Virus record (IMG/VR): IMGVR_UViG_3300042465_007929
Location: 32,001 to 96,000 of that record
Length of the DNA stretch: 64,000 nt
Strand: one strand, 5' to 3'
From: a virus
Position numbers and translations under genes: made by a program. Below are positions 49,907 to 60,491 of the stretch, piece by piece. Position 1 is the first letter of the stretch. The number at the start of each line of letters is the position of its first letter. Under the pieces are notes generated by a model that saw only the letters and a list, made by a program, of their open reading frames with translations, was not told the origin of the DNA and did no database searches.

Positions 49907-52900
49907 TTAACTTCTTCTTAATACGCCTCCAAGTCTTTTTTCTTCTTGAATCACTTTAATAACAGCTTCTTTTATTTTTCTTGAAAGATTTTTATCCTGT
50001 TCTGATGATCCTTCAGATTTTGTTTCTTCTTTACCATTAGAAGCTACATTTACAGTTACACCTTTTCCTGATTCTTTAGAGGCTGCAATTAATTCGTCAA
50101 GTTTTGATATTAATTTATCATTAAGCTCTTTTGAGTCTTTGCCAGTATCAGATGTCCCAGAATTCATAGCATTTAAATTAGCCGGGCCAATTCTCTGCGC
50201 TGCTCCAGCATTCATGATGAATTCTCCACCTGAAAGCATCGTTGGAACAGTATCTATGCCTGATCTTTGCGGGATAGATCCTCCTGTAGCTTTCTTCGGC
50301 AATACTGAATAATTATAATCAGTATCACCTTCTGGGAGAGGTAATCCTTGTGTTGGCATATTATCTGGACCTAATATATTATTTTGTCCTAATGTATTAT
50401 TTAGACCTAATGTATTATTTGGCCCCAATCTATTAATGTCCAAACTTCCACTTGGTCCAGATATGTTCTTATAATCTGATGAGCCTAAAATTTGTTGTGC
50501 TATTTTTGGGTTATTAGATAGATAATTTTGATAATCTTTAAGACTTCCAACTTGAGATAATCCTATATTTCCAGTGAATAAATTCTTTAGACCACCTGCT
50601 TGAATTCCTCCGCCGATATTCCCACCACTAAATATTCCTTTTAATCCAGCACCTACCTGACCCATTCCTGTAGCTCCATCAGCTTTTGCGGCGGCAGAGG
50701 CAGCATTATATCCACTACTAGCAGCACTCCCAACAACGCTCACACCTGCCATAACAACAGCACTTATTAATGCTGTTTTTAAAGCTTTTTGTCTTTCTTT
50801 TATTGCATCTTTTCTAGCTTTTTCAATTGCCGCTTCCTGTTCCATCTGTTGTACATATAGATCAAGTGATTGACCTTTTGATTCGGCAATGGCTTGAGCC
50901 ATTGGTCCTTGCGTTCTTCCGAAATTAGTTAAAGCTACGCTTTCTCCTTCTAAACTTATTCCTGCGAAATTTGTTCCGCTTGTTATTACGTCTTTAGCTC
51001 CAGATGTATAAGCTTGAGATGCATAAGAAAGCAAATTGTTTTTACCGGAAATAGTCCCCTCTCCATAATATCCGGGCATATAAAAACCGCCTTGACCAGT
51101 TTGCATTGGAGATGATGAAGTTGTTTGAGATGGGCTTCCTAATCCACCAGAAGATATTTTATATTTATCTAAATCTCCTACTGCCCCTCCAGAGGCAAAA
51201 TGAGAGAGCGTACCATTATTTAATTTCTCCATGAATTTATTGCCATATTTTTGTACGGCTTTTTTATTCATAACAAATTCTCCACCCATAAGCATTGATG
51301 GAACATCATCCTTGGTTCCAGAACCGCCAGTAATTCTTCCGCCAGAAGCATAACCTTTGAAAAGAGAAGACCCAGCCTGTTGAAACATTGAAGTTGTGGA
51401 GTTAGCTAATTGACTAATACTAGCTTTAGTCATTTCATTCAAGAAGCTAGTAGCAGCGCTTCGAAGTGTGTCTTTTAAATCGCCACCCTTCATAATGATT
51501 GCTTCCATGGCTGTAGCCATGTTATCAGCAAACATCTGAGGTATTCTTTCACCTATGTTTCCAGCGAAATCTTCTACCTGCTTATTAAGGTTCGTCATTC
51601 CCTGTCCAAATCCTTCGCCAAATGTTCTTGGTCTAGACTCTAATGATCTTAAAGCTTTAGCTTCTTCTTCCGTAAGACCTCTTTCTTTATTTTTCGCTGT
51701 AGCCGCTTCAATCTGATTGGCTACACTCATAATTTGATTAACAGTAGAATCAATAGCTTCCTCTGTTTTTGCTCCTAATTTTATAGCCGCCGCCCTTGCT
51801 TCTGCATTTTTCTTCTCTGGTGAAATATTCAAACCTGCTATTGTTGATCCAGAAGACAAAATATCTGTTCCATATTTATCTCCAGTAGTAAATACGGATT
51901 TAACATTTTCCATTGGATTTCCTCCAAATTGATTTTTATAAATAGAAGAAACGCTTGGAATCCAATCTTTATTTGTATTTCTTGGATCATTTTTAGCGCC
52001 AACCGGAGAATAAATAGGGCCAATTTGAGCTATTGTTGATGCGTTTTTGTATGGACCCGATAAAGAAGTTAATGTTTTAGCTATTTTATCGATAGAATCT
52101 TCAACGGTAGATTGTTTTTTAACGCCATATTGATCTGAAATTCCCATGGCATTATTCCCTAATCTAAACGCCTGTGAAGTTCCACGCCCAGTTTCAAATT
52201 CAGATGCTGCCGCTAAAAATTTAGGATTTACTCCATATTTTTCTCCAGAAGATTGAAATGAAGCAGCATATTTTTTCAGCGGTTCTGAAAGATTTTTTTC
52301 TAAATCCGTTTTATTTCCAGCCGTAGAAGTTGCTGTAGTTGGTAATGACGTATTCTGTTTTAATTGCTCAGTTAAAGCTTTTGTTGCATCTACATTATCT
52401 TTTACAGCAGTTTCATTTTGCCCTAATGCTAATATATTTTTTTCAGTAAATGCATTTTTCCTTGCTTCAATAGCTATTTGATTTAATTCTCTATCGAGAT
52501 CATTTTTTTGTTTTAAATCAAAATATTTCTTTTCTATCTGTTCTCTTTTTGCTAAAATAGAAGCTGAGTCATACATACCAGCAAATGTTGCTGGTTGTTT
52601 TAATTCTATTTGTTTTTTAATGTCAATTCTTTGGGACTCACCCTCTAATACTATATTCTGTAAAGACTTTTTAGCTAAAATAGAATCAGATAACGTTTTC
52701 GCTTTTTCAAAAAGATTATTCTGTTCTCTTTGCAAATCATTTACATCTCTCTGGATTTTTTGACCAGCCATTTTCGCGGCATTTTCTTGATCTATTTTTA
52801 TTTTTCCTTTATCTAATAAAGTTACATATTCTAAAATAGCAGCATTCGCAGCTTCAGCTTGTTGCTTTGGTAAATTTAAAGATGCGCCAATTCTATCAAC

Positions 52901-55900
52901 AATTTCTTCTATTTTTGCAGTATCGACATTTTCAAATGCTATTTTTAATTCTTCTTGAGCGTTAGCTGCTCCATCTGTTATTTTTTGAAAAATAGTATTA
53001 AATTGTTTAGGATCAATAACAGCACTTTTCATAGATTCTTTTAAAGAACCACCTAATCCTTCTACCGCAGATGATTGATTTTTAATTATAGATATAGCTT
53101 TTTCATTTTCATTATTAGCATTTTCAATAGCTCTCTGTCTATCCGTATCAGTCAATGTTAAGTCTTTAGCAATACTTAATAAATCAGCTTGTTTGTTGAG
53201 AGCTTCATCCTCTAAATCATCTATCATAGTTCTATATAATGATTGAGCTTTTAAAGTAGTTAATAACTCTTTATATTTAATATTTAAATTATCTACGCCT
53301 TGTGATAGTTCAGATTGCGTTTGTTTTGATCTTGAAGAAAGTTCTGCCCATAATTGTTTTAATACATCAAATTGAGCTTTAGGATCTGTTTTTCCTCCTT
53401 TGGCCATTTCATCTCTTAGTGGTTTAAATGACTCATCATCTATATTTTTAGCTTTTTGAGTAAACTGCTCTCTAGTTAGACCCCCAATAGATTTGCCTAA
53501 ATCTGTGGATGGAGAAGTCATTCTTTTTATTGCTAAATCACCTGCTGAAAGATTATCTATTAATCCTGCAAATTGTAAAGATAGAGCTTCGATTTCTTCT
53601 TTAGTCAATTTTGTATCACCTGAAAAAGCACGAATTCTGTTTTGCAATTCACTTGTTGAAACTCCTGCGGCATTTGCTTCTGTGGTTATATCTTTTAATG
53701 ATTGTTTTAATTTTCCACTAATATCATCTACGATAGTAGCAGATACCGTAGATGCTACTACTGCTGGTCCAGATCTCATTCCTACTGATCCGCCTTTTCC
53801 ACCTTGCGCCGCTAGGAGATTAACCATTTTAGTGGTTTCGGTTTTCATTCCTTCAGAAATAATAGATTCGGCTGTTTTTTTAACTTCTTCTTGCCTATCT
53901 TTAGATAAACCAGATAAATTAATAGAAGCTTTAGACGCTGCATCCCCAACAGTTGCTAAAGATTTTGCAACTGATTTATTTATTCCATTGACTTCATTAT
54001 AAATTCCAGTTCCAATTTGCCAAGCAGCAGCTAAACCACCGATAGCAATTCCAGCAGGACCAAGAAATCCAGCGAATTTTGGTATAGCAGCAGCTAATCC
54101 TTGTAGCGCAAATACAGCAGTAGTTCCACTGGATAATCCATCTGAAACAATATTAGTGTATTTTGCGATTTCCGAACTAGAACCTGCTGTCGCAGCGCTT
54201 AATCCAGACATAGCAAGCTGAACAGCAAAAATAGTACCTAAATTATCTTTTTGTCCTTTATTTGTTTGGTCTGCTGAATCAGCAACCTTATCTAATGATG
54301 CAGCAGCTTTGTCAGCAGCAGAACTAATTGGTTCTGTTGACGATCCATCATTATTAGATGAATTTGTTGATGGTCTATATTTTGGATTTTGACCTTTAAA
54401 ACCAGCAAAATTAGGAATAAATCCTCCAGCAGCTCCATAAGCAGTTATATCAGCTCCTTCTTTTCTAGCTCTATTTATACCCTGCCAGCCTCCTGCTGGC
54501 TCATCACGACGATTAGCCACCATAAGACCCATGGGATTACCTGAGTTCTTTAAAGAGCTATTCTGATCAATGTAGACCTGACTAGGATCTAGTCCAGTGC
54601 CAATTTCTCTTGAGATGGCTTCTTTTAATGGATCAACAAAATTAGGGATATAACCAGAAGCTGATCTCCCAAAAGCTGGTTGAGGTTTTTTATCTCCATA
54701 TCCATTAATTTTTAATATTTTTCCAGCAGTAGAAGAAATAAGATCTGGACCAGCATTAGCTTTTGCTTCTAATCCTTTTCCAGCTTGTCCTCCTGTCACA
54801 CCAAACAATTCTCTTAATTGTGGATTAGTTCTAAAATCAATAAGTGAATTCCTATCTTGAGCTTTAAAATCTTTAAAATCATCATCTTTTAAAATACCAG
54901 CAATTCCCGCTTCAAAAATAGCTCCAGCAGTAGCAGTCAAAGATCCCTTATTAAGTAACGATTGGATTAATTCAATATTTGCTGGTTCTGGTAATACATT
55001 GCCAGATAAATCTTTTGCCATTTTTAAAGCAGCAGATGCTGAAACTTTCGACAATTGAGAAGTTAGTTTATCTGTAGATTTAAATTTTAAATTTTTATCA
55101 TTAACCCTAAAAATAGGAACATCAATTAAATATTTACTACTATTTGTTCGAGTTTCTGTTATTCTGCCTTCATTATCAGCATATCTAGATTCAGAAGTCC
55201 CAACTCCTCTTTCTCCAACAATCATTCCAAAATCTTTGCCGCCAGCATTAAGTCTCGCTAAACTCTCAAAAGATTTTTCTTTATTGAGTGCTTTTTCAGC
55301 ATTTTTTTCTGCTGTAGTTTTATATCCAGCATTACGAGCATCTTCTCTGCTAATATACTTAGGATCACTTGGATCTAAATTAATACGGCTACCTATTTGT
55401 TGTGCGCTTAATTTTTTTATATCAACAAAATTAGGAATAAATCCTCCAGCAGAATTAATTTTTTGTGCGCCAGATGGTAAACCAATTTTAGAAACCATAT
55501 CTTTGTTAAATATGGCAGACCCACCACTTCCACCATAATTATTAACAACGTATTCGCTGTCATTAGCTACCATTGTTCCAACTTTTCCACCACCAAAAGC
55601 GAAATTAGGAATAACAACAGGCTTATTGGATGAGTTTGCTCCACCAACACCACGTTTAATATCAAAACTTTCTTGAGCTACTGCTGGCATGTAACCTTCA
55701 GCAGAAGTTTTAACAGGGCTTCCGCCTCCAGCTTTGAATACAGCAGCCGCACCCGGAGCTAGCCTCTTGCCCATTTCGACAAATCTTTGCATTTCTGCAT
55801 TATTTTGTTTGAGAATATTGCCCAAAAGAGTCGCTTGTGCAACATGATTTCCTTCCAAACTTAAAACAGCTTTATGAATATTTTGATTCGTCATTAACGT

Positions 55901-57322
55901 ATTAGTTAATGATGATGCTAATGCATTAATTTCTTTTTGAGCTTGACCAATTCCAAAAAAGGCTTTTAAGCTTTCAGCTCCAAACGCAACTAACCCATAA
56001 GTTAATTTTGCAATAATTGCTCCAAAAATTACAAATCCGGGACCAGTGATAATGCCTGAAAGCCCTTTTATGATTCCGTTTGCAAGATCAGAACCTATTC
56101 CTTCGCCCTGTAATAAATCTTTTATATTAGTTGTTAAACTACTAAAAAATGATAAAATGTTTTTTAAACTATCTGTAACTCCAATTTCACCAAGAGTATT
56201 AGCTAATTCTTGTAAATTTACAGTTGCCTCGTTGATTGATGCTGCAAGAGTCTTATTGAGAGCTGTATTTCTTGCGTAAGCTTCATTACCAGCACTTGCC
56301 ATTGCTTGGGTAGCCCCCATGTATGTCGAAGTCTTACCAGTTAAGTCATCTAAAGCAGCAAGCAACGGTCCAATTTGGAAACCACCACCAATTTTTTCTG
56401 TGATATTTGCTTTTTGAATATCACTTAGACTATTCATCTTTTGAGCAAGATTTTCAATAAGTTTTGTAGCAGGAAGAATTCCGCCTTGCATATCAGTTAC
56501 GGCAGCGCCGACTTCTTGTAAAGCAGCTAAACTATCAGGTCTTTGAATTCTTGTAAAAATTGTTTTGAAAGCATTACCAATAACAGCTCCACCACGGGCT
56601 GTTTTTTCTTGAACAGCAGTGATAATGCCGCCAAGTTCATCAAGACTGACTCCAGCTTGTTGAGCGACGGACGCAGATCTCTTAAAGCCTTCTATAAGAT
56701 CTTTTTCTGAAACAGAGTATGCAGCAGCGGTCTTAGCTATTTTATTTAAAACTTCAGTAGTAGTGATTCCAGATTTTGAGAAAGAGTTTACAGCAGCAGT
56801 CAAGCCTTCAACCGCATTAGCCGCATCCATTCCAGAAAGTCTAGAAAGAACCATTGAGTCTTTTAGCCTCCTAAGAACTTCGTCAGATTTTAAACCCTGA
56901 CGACTTAATTCCAGCGCGGCTTCAGAAACAGTTTGAAATGAATTGCCAGTTTCTTTTGCGATACTAAATATATCATTTTTAAATTTATTAAGTTGAGCTG
57001 AACTAGCTCCCATAACAGAATTAATATTTGCTAAACTTTTCTCAACTTGAATTGTTACTGAGATCATCTCTTGGAAACCTCTAGTAATTGTTCCAAGGAT
57101 ACCAACAGAGGCTCCGAAAGCTAAAACGCGAGCATTAGCAGCTTCCATCGATTTTCCGAACTGATCAGCTTGACCAGTAATCCTACCTAATGGCTGAGAT
57201 ATTGAATCAATAGCCTTAGAGCTTGTACCCAAATCTATCTTAGCATTCTTTCCAGCTATATTCATAGCTCTTTGAATGCTTGCTTCTAAACCGACTACTA
57301 CTGCTTCTAGTTCTAATGGCAT
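49907..57322 (-). CDS. tail tape measure protein with internal GH73-like glucosaminidase domain
   Basis: TP901-type core (ARGGAVIGNAFKTIF.RI); YGVNPKFLAA.S.FETG.GTS...NNAMGI at about 51940-52295; gpH-like A.GG...D.VP.ML.GEF motifs. Confidence 0.9.
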   Translation of the reverse strand: MPLELEAVVVGLEASIQRAMNIAGKNAKIDLGTSSKAIDSISQPLGRITGQADQFGKSMEAANARVLAFGASVGILGTITRGFQEMISVTIQVEKSLANINSVMGASSAQLNKFKNDIFSIAKETGNSFQTVSEAALELSRQGLKSDEVLRRLKDSMVLSRLSGMDAANAVEGLTAAVNSFSKSGITTTEVLNKIAKTAAAYSVSEKDLIEGFKRSASVAQQAGVSLDELGGIITAVQEKTARGGAVIGNAFKTIFTRIQRPDSLAALQEVGAAVTDMQGGILPATKLIENLAQKMNSLSDIQKANITEKIGGGFQIGPLLAALDDLTGKTSTYMGATQAMASAGNEAYARNTALNKTLAASINEATVNLQELANTLGEIGVTDSLKNILSFFSSLTTNIKDLLQGEGIGSDLANGIIKGLSGIITGPGFVIFGAIIAKLTYGLVAFGAESLKAFFGIGQAQKEINALASSLTNTLMTNQNIHKAVLSLEGNHVAQATLLGNILKQNNAEMQRFVEMGKRLAPGAAAVFKAGGGSPVKTSAEGYMPAVAQESFDIKRGVGGANSSNKPVVIPNFAFGGGKVGTMVANDSEYVVNNYGGSGGSAIFNKDMVSKIGLPSGAQKINSAGGFIPNFVDIKKLSAQQIGSRINLDPSDPKYISREDARNAGYKTTAEKNAEKALNKEKSFESLARLNAGGKDFGMIVGERGVGTSESRYADNEGRITETRTNSSKYLIDVPIFRVNDKNLKFKSTDKLTSQLSKVSASAALKMAKDLSGNVLPEPANIELIQSLLNKGSLTATAGAIFEAGIAGILKDDDFKDFKAQDRNSLIDFRTNPQLRELFGVTGGQAGKGLEAKANAGPDLISSTAGKILKINGYGDKKPQPAFGRSASGYIPNFVDPLKEAISREIGTGLDPSQVYIDQNSSLKNSGNPMGLMVANRRDEPAGGWQGINRARKEGADITAYGAAGGFIPNFAGFKGQNPKYRPSTNSSNNDGSSTEPISSAADKAAASLDKVADSADQTNKGQKDNLGTIFAVQLAMSGLSAATAGSSSEIAKYTNIVSDGLSSGTTAVFALQGLAAAIPKFAGFLGPAGIAIGGLAAAWQIGTGIYNEVNGINKSVAKSLATVGDAASKASINLSGLSKDRQEEVKKTAESIISEGMKTETTKMVNLLAAQGGKGGSVGMRSGPAVVASTVSATIVDDISGKLKQSLKDITTEANAAGVSTSELQNRIRAFSGDTKLTKEEIEALSLQFAGLIDNLSAGDLAIKRMTSPSTDLGKSIGGLTREQFTQKAKNIDDESFKPLRDEMAKGGKTDPKAQFDVLKQLWAELSSRSKQTQSELSQGVDNLNIKYKELLTTLKAQSLYRTMIDDLEDEALNKQADLLSIAKDLTLTDTDRQRAIENANNENEKAISIIKNQSSAVEGLGGSLKESMKSAVIDPKQFNTIFQKITDGAANAQEELKIAFENVDTAKIEEIVDRIGASLNLPKQQAEAANAAILEYVTLLDKGKIKIDQENAAKMAGQKIQRDVNDLQREQNNLFEKAKTLSDSILAKKSLQNIVLEGESQRIDIKKQIELKQPATFAGMYDSASILAKREQIEKKYFDLKQKNDLDRELNQIAIEARKNAFTEKNILALGQNETAVKDNVDATKALTEQLKQNTSLPTTATSTAGNKTDLEKNLSEPLKKYAASFQSSGEKYGVNPKFLAAASEFETGRGTSQAFRLGNNAMGISDQYGVKKQSTVEDSIDKIAKTLTSLSGPYKNASTIAQIGPIYSPVGAKNDPRNTNKDWIPSVSSIYKNQFGGNPMENVKSVFTTGDKYGTDILSSGSTIAGLNISPEKKNAEARAAAIKLGAKTEEAIDSTVNQIMSVANQIEAATAKNKERGLTEEEAKALRSLESRPRTFGEGFGQGMTNLNKQVEDFAGNIGERIPQMFADNMATAMEAIIMKGGDLKDTLRSAATSFLNEMTKASISQLANSTTSMFQQAGSSLFKGYASGGRITGGSGTKDDVPSMLMGGEFVMNKKAVQKYGNKFMEKLNNGTLSHFASGGAVGDLDKYKISSGGLGSPSQTTSSSPMQTGQGGFYMPGYYGEGTISGKNNLLSYASQAYTSGAKDVITSGTNFAGISLEGESVALTNFGRTQGPMAQAIAESKGQSLDLYVQQMEQEAAIEKARKDAIKERQKALKTALISAVVMAGVSVVGSAASSGYNAASAAAKADGATGMGQVGAGLKGIFSGGNIGGGIQAGGLKNLFTGNIGLSQVGSLKDYQNYLSNNPKIAQQILGSSDYKNISGPSGSLDINRLGPNNTLGLNNTLGQNNILGPDNMPTQGLPLPEGDTDYNYSVLPKKATGGSIPQRSGIDTVPTMLSGGEFIMNAGAAQRIGPANLNAMNSGTSDTGKDSKELNDKLISKLDELIAASKESGKGVTVNVASNGKEETKSEGSSEQDKNLSRKIKEAVIKVIQEEKRLGGVLRRS

Positions 57323-57360
57323 ATCCTTAAACCTCTGTGATATTTACACAGAAGTCTAAG

Positions 57361-58341
57361 TTAATAACCTGCCAATTTCATCATTTGTTCCATATCTAAT
57401 GAGCCGCCATTTTTAGCCAACTCATCACTTAAAATTATAGTTTTAGAATCCTTATTGCCCAAGGCAATCATGTCTTCTTTTGTTGCTCCAAAAATACTAG
57501 AAGCATCTGCATTATCATCAATCATATTTTTACCAGATGATTTATTTTTTTGCATATCTGAAAACATTAATAATTTTTCTGGATCATCTTTAATGTCATC
57601 AGGTATATCTTCAACATATTGGAAAATATTAAAAAACATTCTACCAAAAAGAGCCGTCTTTAACTGATAAACAGATAATTTTACTACAGCAATTCCATAA
57701 AAATCTCTTATATTTTCACATAAAGAAAGATACATGCTAAAGAATGGTCTTAATACAGCTTTTTGTAGATTAAGTTCGGAAAGCCTTTCTGATATTTCAT
57801 TCTGTTTTCTTGAAAAAAATAATATATCAACATCATCTAGTTCTGAAAATTCATCTTCGCTAAATAAATTAATTGTTAATTCTTTATCTTTGAAAATAAA
57901 ATAACGAAGCATCTCTTCAGATGATCTAGTAGAAGCGTAATCTTCGGCAGTCTTGCCAATAATTTCTTTCTTTTTATATTTAAGGCTAAAGACTTCAGAT
58001 TTTCTTTGCTCTATATCTTCAGCCATTGATAATTTCTGAGATGGTAGAAAGATGCTCTTTTGGGTCTGTATAAGATTTTTAATTTCGTCCTCAAGGATAG
58101 ATATTTTTAAATCATCATCTTCAGACCAAATATTATCAGCTTTAGTAGCAATGAGTCTTTCCTGCTCATTCTCTAAACCTTTTTTTTCAGCAATTTTTTT
58201 ATACTTTTCGTAGTACTTTTGTATATATCGCTGATCCCTAATATTAAAATGCTTAATATATACGGGGTCGCCATTATAGACGACCTCCGTATATCCATCA
58301 AACACTTCGCCTATTATTGAAATGTATAGCTCGTCATTCAA
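57361..58341 (-). CDS. putative tail assembly chaperone (gpT position)
   Basis: Immediately upstream of the TMP; TTG start overlapping the upstream TGA with AGGAG SD; helical and charged. Confidence 0.55.
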   Translation of the reverse strand: MNDELYISIIGEVFDGYTEVVYNGDPVYIKHFNIRDQRYIQKYYEKYKKIAEKKGLENEQERLIATKADNIWSEDDDLKISILEDEIKNLIQTQKSIFLPSQKLSMAEDIEQRKSEVFSLKYKKKEIIGKTAEDYASTRSSEEMLRYFIFKDKELTINLFSEDEFSELDDVDILFFSRKQNEISERLSELNLQKAVLRPFFSMYLSLCENIRDFYGIAVVKLSVYQLKTALFGRMFFNIFQYVEDIPDDIKDDPEKLLMFSDMQKNKSSGKNMIDDNADASSIFGATKEDMIALGNKDSKTIILSDELAKNGGSLDMEQMMKLAGY

Positions 58342-59093
58342 AGCTCTCCTTTTTCAAGTTTATCAATCAAAGCGTCAAAATCCTTTGGATCAGAAGCTTG
58401 GTTAAAGAACCAGAACGCAAGAATAGTTGAAGCTTTCTTAATTGCTGAAAAATAGAAAGAATCACCAGACTCTTCTTTTTGATAATAATCTTCCAACTTA
58501 TCTTCAAATGACTCTCCTTCAAAATAAGGAACAAAATCTTCCAACTTATCATCCATGATATATGTCAAATTAATAACATACCATAGAAGAAGTCTATTTT
58601 GAGCTTTGACATCCGCAGTATGATCAAAGAATGACTGAAAGTTTGACTCAATATCAATAATCTTTCTTTTTACAGAAGCTAAATTATTTTTTACAACTTC
58701 AAATCTTTTTGTTTGTTTCGGATCTTTTTTATCTGCCGATTCCAAACGAATATATTCATTTTGAAGATCTAAGATTTGCTTATAAAGATCTGTATAATTC
58801 TTTGCTTCGTCTTCACTAAAAATTCCTCCTGTATCGCTATACTTTTTTGCAAGCATAGCTTTAGTTAAAATGCCCTTCTTGACACATCTACTCATTTCAA
58901 CAGAATATTCTAATTCTGCCTCTTCAAGTTCGCGCCTAGATGGTCTTTTAATTTGAAACTCAATAGGGAAAGGTTCCTTTACTGTTTTCTTAATAGTGAC
59001 CTCTTCGCCTGTTTTACGATCCTTTTTGGATGTTTCTACCACTTTTTCGATTTCTTTATCAATCGAAAATTTATATAATGTTTTAATTTTCAT
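58338..59093 (-). CDS. putative tail assembly chaperone (gpG position)
   Basis: Position; AAGGA SD; coiled-coil-like composition. Confidence 0.55.
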   Translation of the reverse strand: MKIKTLYKFSIDKEIEKVVETSKKDRKTGEEVTIKKTVKEPFPIEFQIKRPSRRELEEAELEYSVEMSRCVKKGILTKAMLAKKYSDTGGIFSEDEAKNYTDLYKQILDLQNEYIRLESADKKDPKQTKRFEVVKNNLASVKRKIIDIESNFQSFFDHTADVKAQNRLLLWYVINLTYIMDDKLEDFVPYFEGESFEDKLEDYYQKEESGDSFYFSAIKKASTILAFWFFNQASDPKDFDALIDKLEKGEL

Positions 59094-59109
59094 TCCTTTT
59101 TCCTTAATA

Positions 59110-59397
59110 TTATTTAAAAATAAATCCTACACTGTAATTATCTATCTCAGATTGTAAATTTCTAATAGATTCGTTACCATAATCTAAAATTCTTTTTCTA
59201 ATCCAAGCTATCTTTTCTTCTGTAAAATGATTAGCAGTATTAATTACTGGGTGATATTCTTCTGGAATGTTTTCGTAAAGTTTTTGGTAATGAAAATTAT
59301 GATCTTGTTTCATATCTTCAACCATAAGTAACATCATCTTAAATAAAGAAGAAACCTCTTCATTCGAACTTCTTGCCAAGCTTTTTTTCGCATTCAT
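59110..59397 (-). CDS. hypothetical protein
   Basis: 95-aa ORF downstream of a GTGTATAAT element. Confidence 0.65.
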   Translation of the reverse strand: MNAKKSLARSSNEEVSSLFKMMLLMVEDMKQDHNFHYQKLYENIPEEYHPVINTANHFTEEKIAWIRKRILDYGNESIRNLQSEIDNYSVGFIFK

Positions 59398-59414
59398 ACC
59401 TTTGCCCTTATCTA

Positions 59415-59435
59415 ATTATACACAAACAAGTGTAA
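59415..59435. promoter_or_regulatory. back-to-back divergent promoter elements
   Basis: GTGTATAAT on the minus strand (59423-59415) and GTGTAA on the plus strand (59430-59435). Confidence 0.6.
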
Positions 59436-59445
59436 AAATCTATAT

Positions 59446-59913
59446 ATGGCTGGATATTTAAATCAAAATGCATTAGATACTATTGTAAATTCTTTATTTA
59501 AAATGCACGACACTTTTGCAAGAAGTATTTTTGTTTTTAAAAATGGGAAAAAAACAGTTATAGCCACAAATAGTAATTATAATGCTATCTATGGGAAAAC
59601 CAATACAGGTTCTAGAGAAAATATAAAATATGATACAATATCAAAGGAATTCAAGGCTAGAATTTACTATACCCAAGAAGATCAAGAGTTTTTAGCTAGT
59701 GAAGGATCAGATCAATCAGGAACTCAAAACAAAATCATTTTGCCAAAAGGCTCTTTGAGAATTGTTGTAACTCTTGAAGCTTATTTATTTTTAAAAGAAG
59801 CACGAAGGGTTGATGTTGATGGTAAGGTTTTTGCCATTAAAAGCGGAGGTCATAGTTCTGGATTCCCATCTAATGAATTTTACCATTTCTACTTAACTCC
59901 AATAGATGAATAA
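59446..59913 (+). CDS. putative head-closure (stopper) protein
   Basis: First gene of the neck/tube block; beta-rich; RVDVDGKVFAI. Confidence 0.5.
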   Translation: MAGYLNQNALDTIVNSLFKMHDTFARSIFVFKNGKKTVIATNSNYNAIYGKTNTGSRENIKYDTISKEFKARIYYTQEDQEFLASEGSDQSGTQNKIILPKGSLRIVVTLEAYLFLKEARRVDVDGKVFAIKSGGHSSGFPSNEFYHFYLTPIDE

Positions 59914-60491
59914 TGGCTACTCTACCTTTAGATGTTAGATATTCTTTAAATAAGCAAGTAACTAAGTTACTGAAAAAAGAATTTGAAAAAGAAGCTTATA
60001 AAGAATTTAAAAAAATTAAAGAAGAATTAATTATTGAGTTTTTAAATCATCCAGTAACTCAAGAAATTAAAGCTGGGCCATCTGCAACAAATATAAGTGG
60101 CACTTTAAATGGAGTATCAAATCTTTTTGCATTTATAGGTTTTGAAGAATCTGATGATCCAATCAGCCCAATACTCGACTTATTAAATAATATACAAATG
60201 AATTATGCTGGTGAAATAAACATGGGTAATAAATTTAATGTAACAATCCCAGAACCTGCAAATATATTTTCTGTAACTCCAATGCCTTGGGCTTCAGGAA
60301 GAAGCTGGGCGGAAGGTATAGAAACTGGAATATCTGGATTAGGTTATCTCCTTAAAAGTGGTTTAAAATCTAGCAGATCAGGCGCTGCCATACAATCTAG
60401 TGTAAAAGTTAGAAGTGGCGGATTTAGAAACGTACAATATATTTCCGCTTTAATTAATAAATATAAAAAAAAGTTTGAAAAACTCAAATGA
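59913..60491 (+). CDS. putative neck / tail-completion protein
   Basis: Basic protein between the stopper and terminator positions. Confidence 0.5.
   Translation: MATLPLDVRYSLNKQVTKLLKKEFEKEAYKEFKKIKEELIIEFLNHPVTQEIKAGPSATNISGTLNGVSNLFAFIGFEESDDPISPILDLLNNIQMNYAGEINMGNKFNVTIPEPANIFSVTPMPWASGRSWAEGIETGISGLGYLLKSGLKSSRSGAAIQSSVKVRSGGFRNVQYISALINKYKKKFEKLK

Noticed and set aside
58336-58352. prfB-like +1 frameshift (SD followed by CTT TGA)
   Set aside because: The +1 frame reads TTT GAA TGA and stops immediately.
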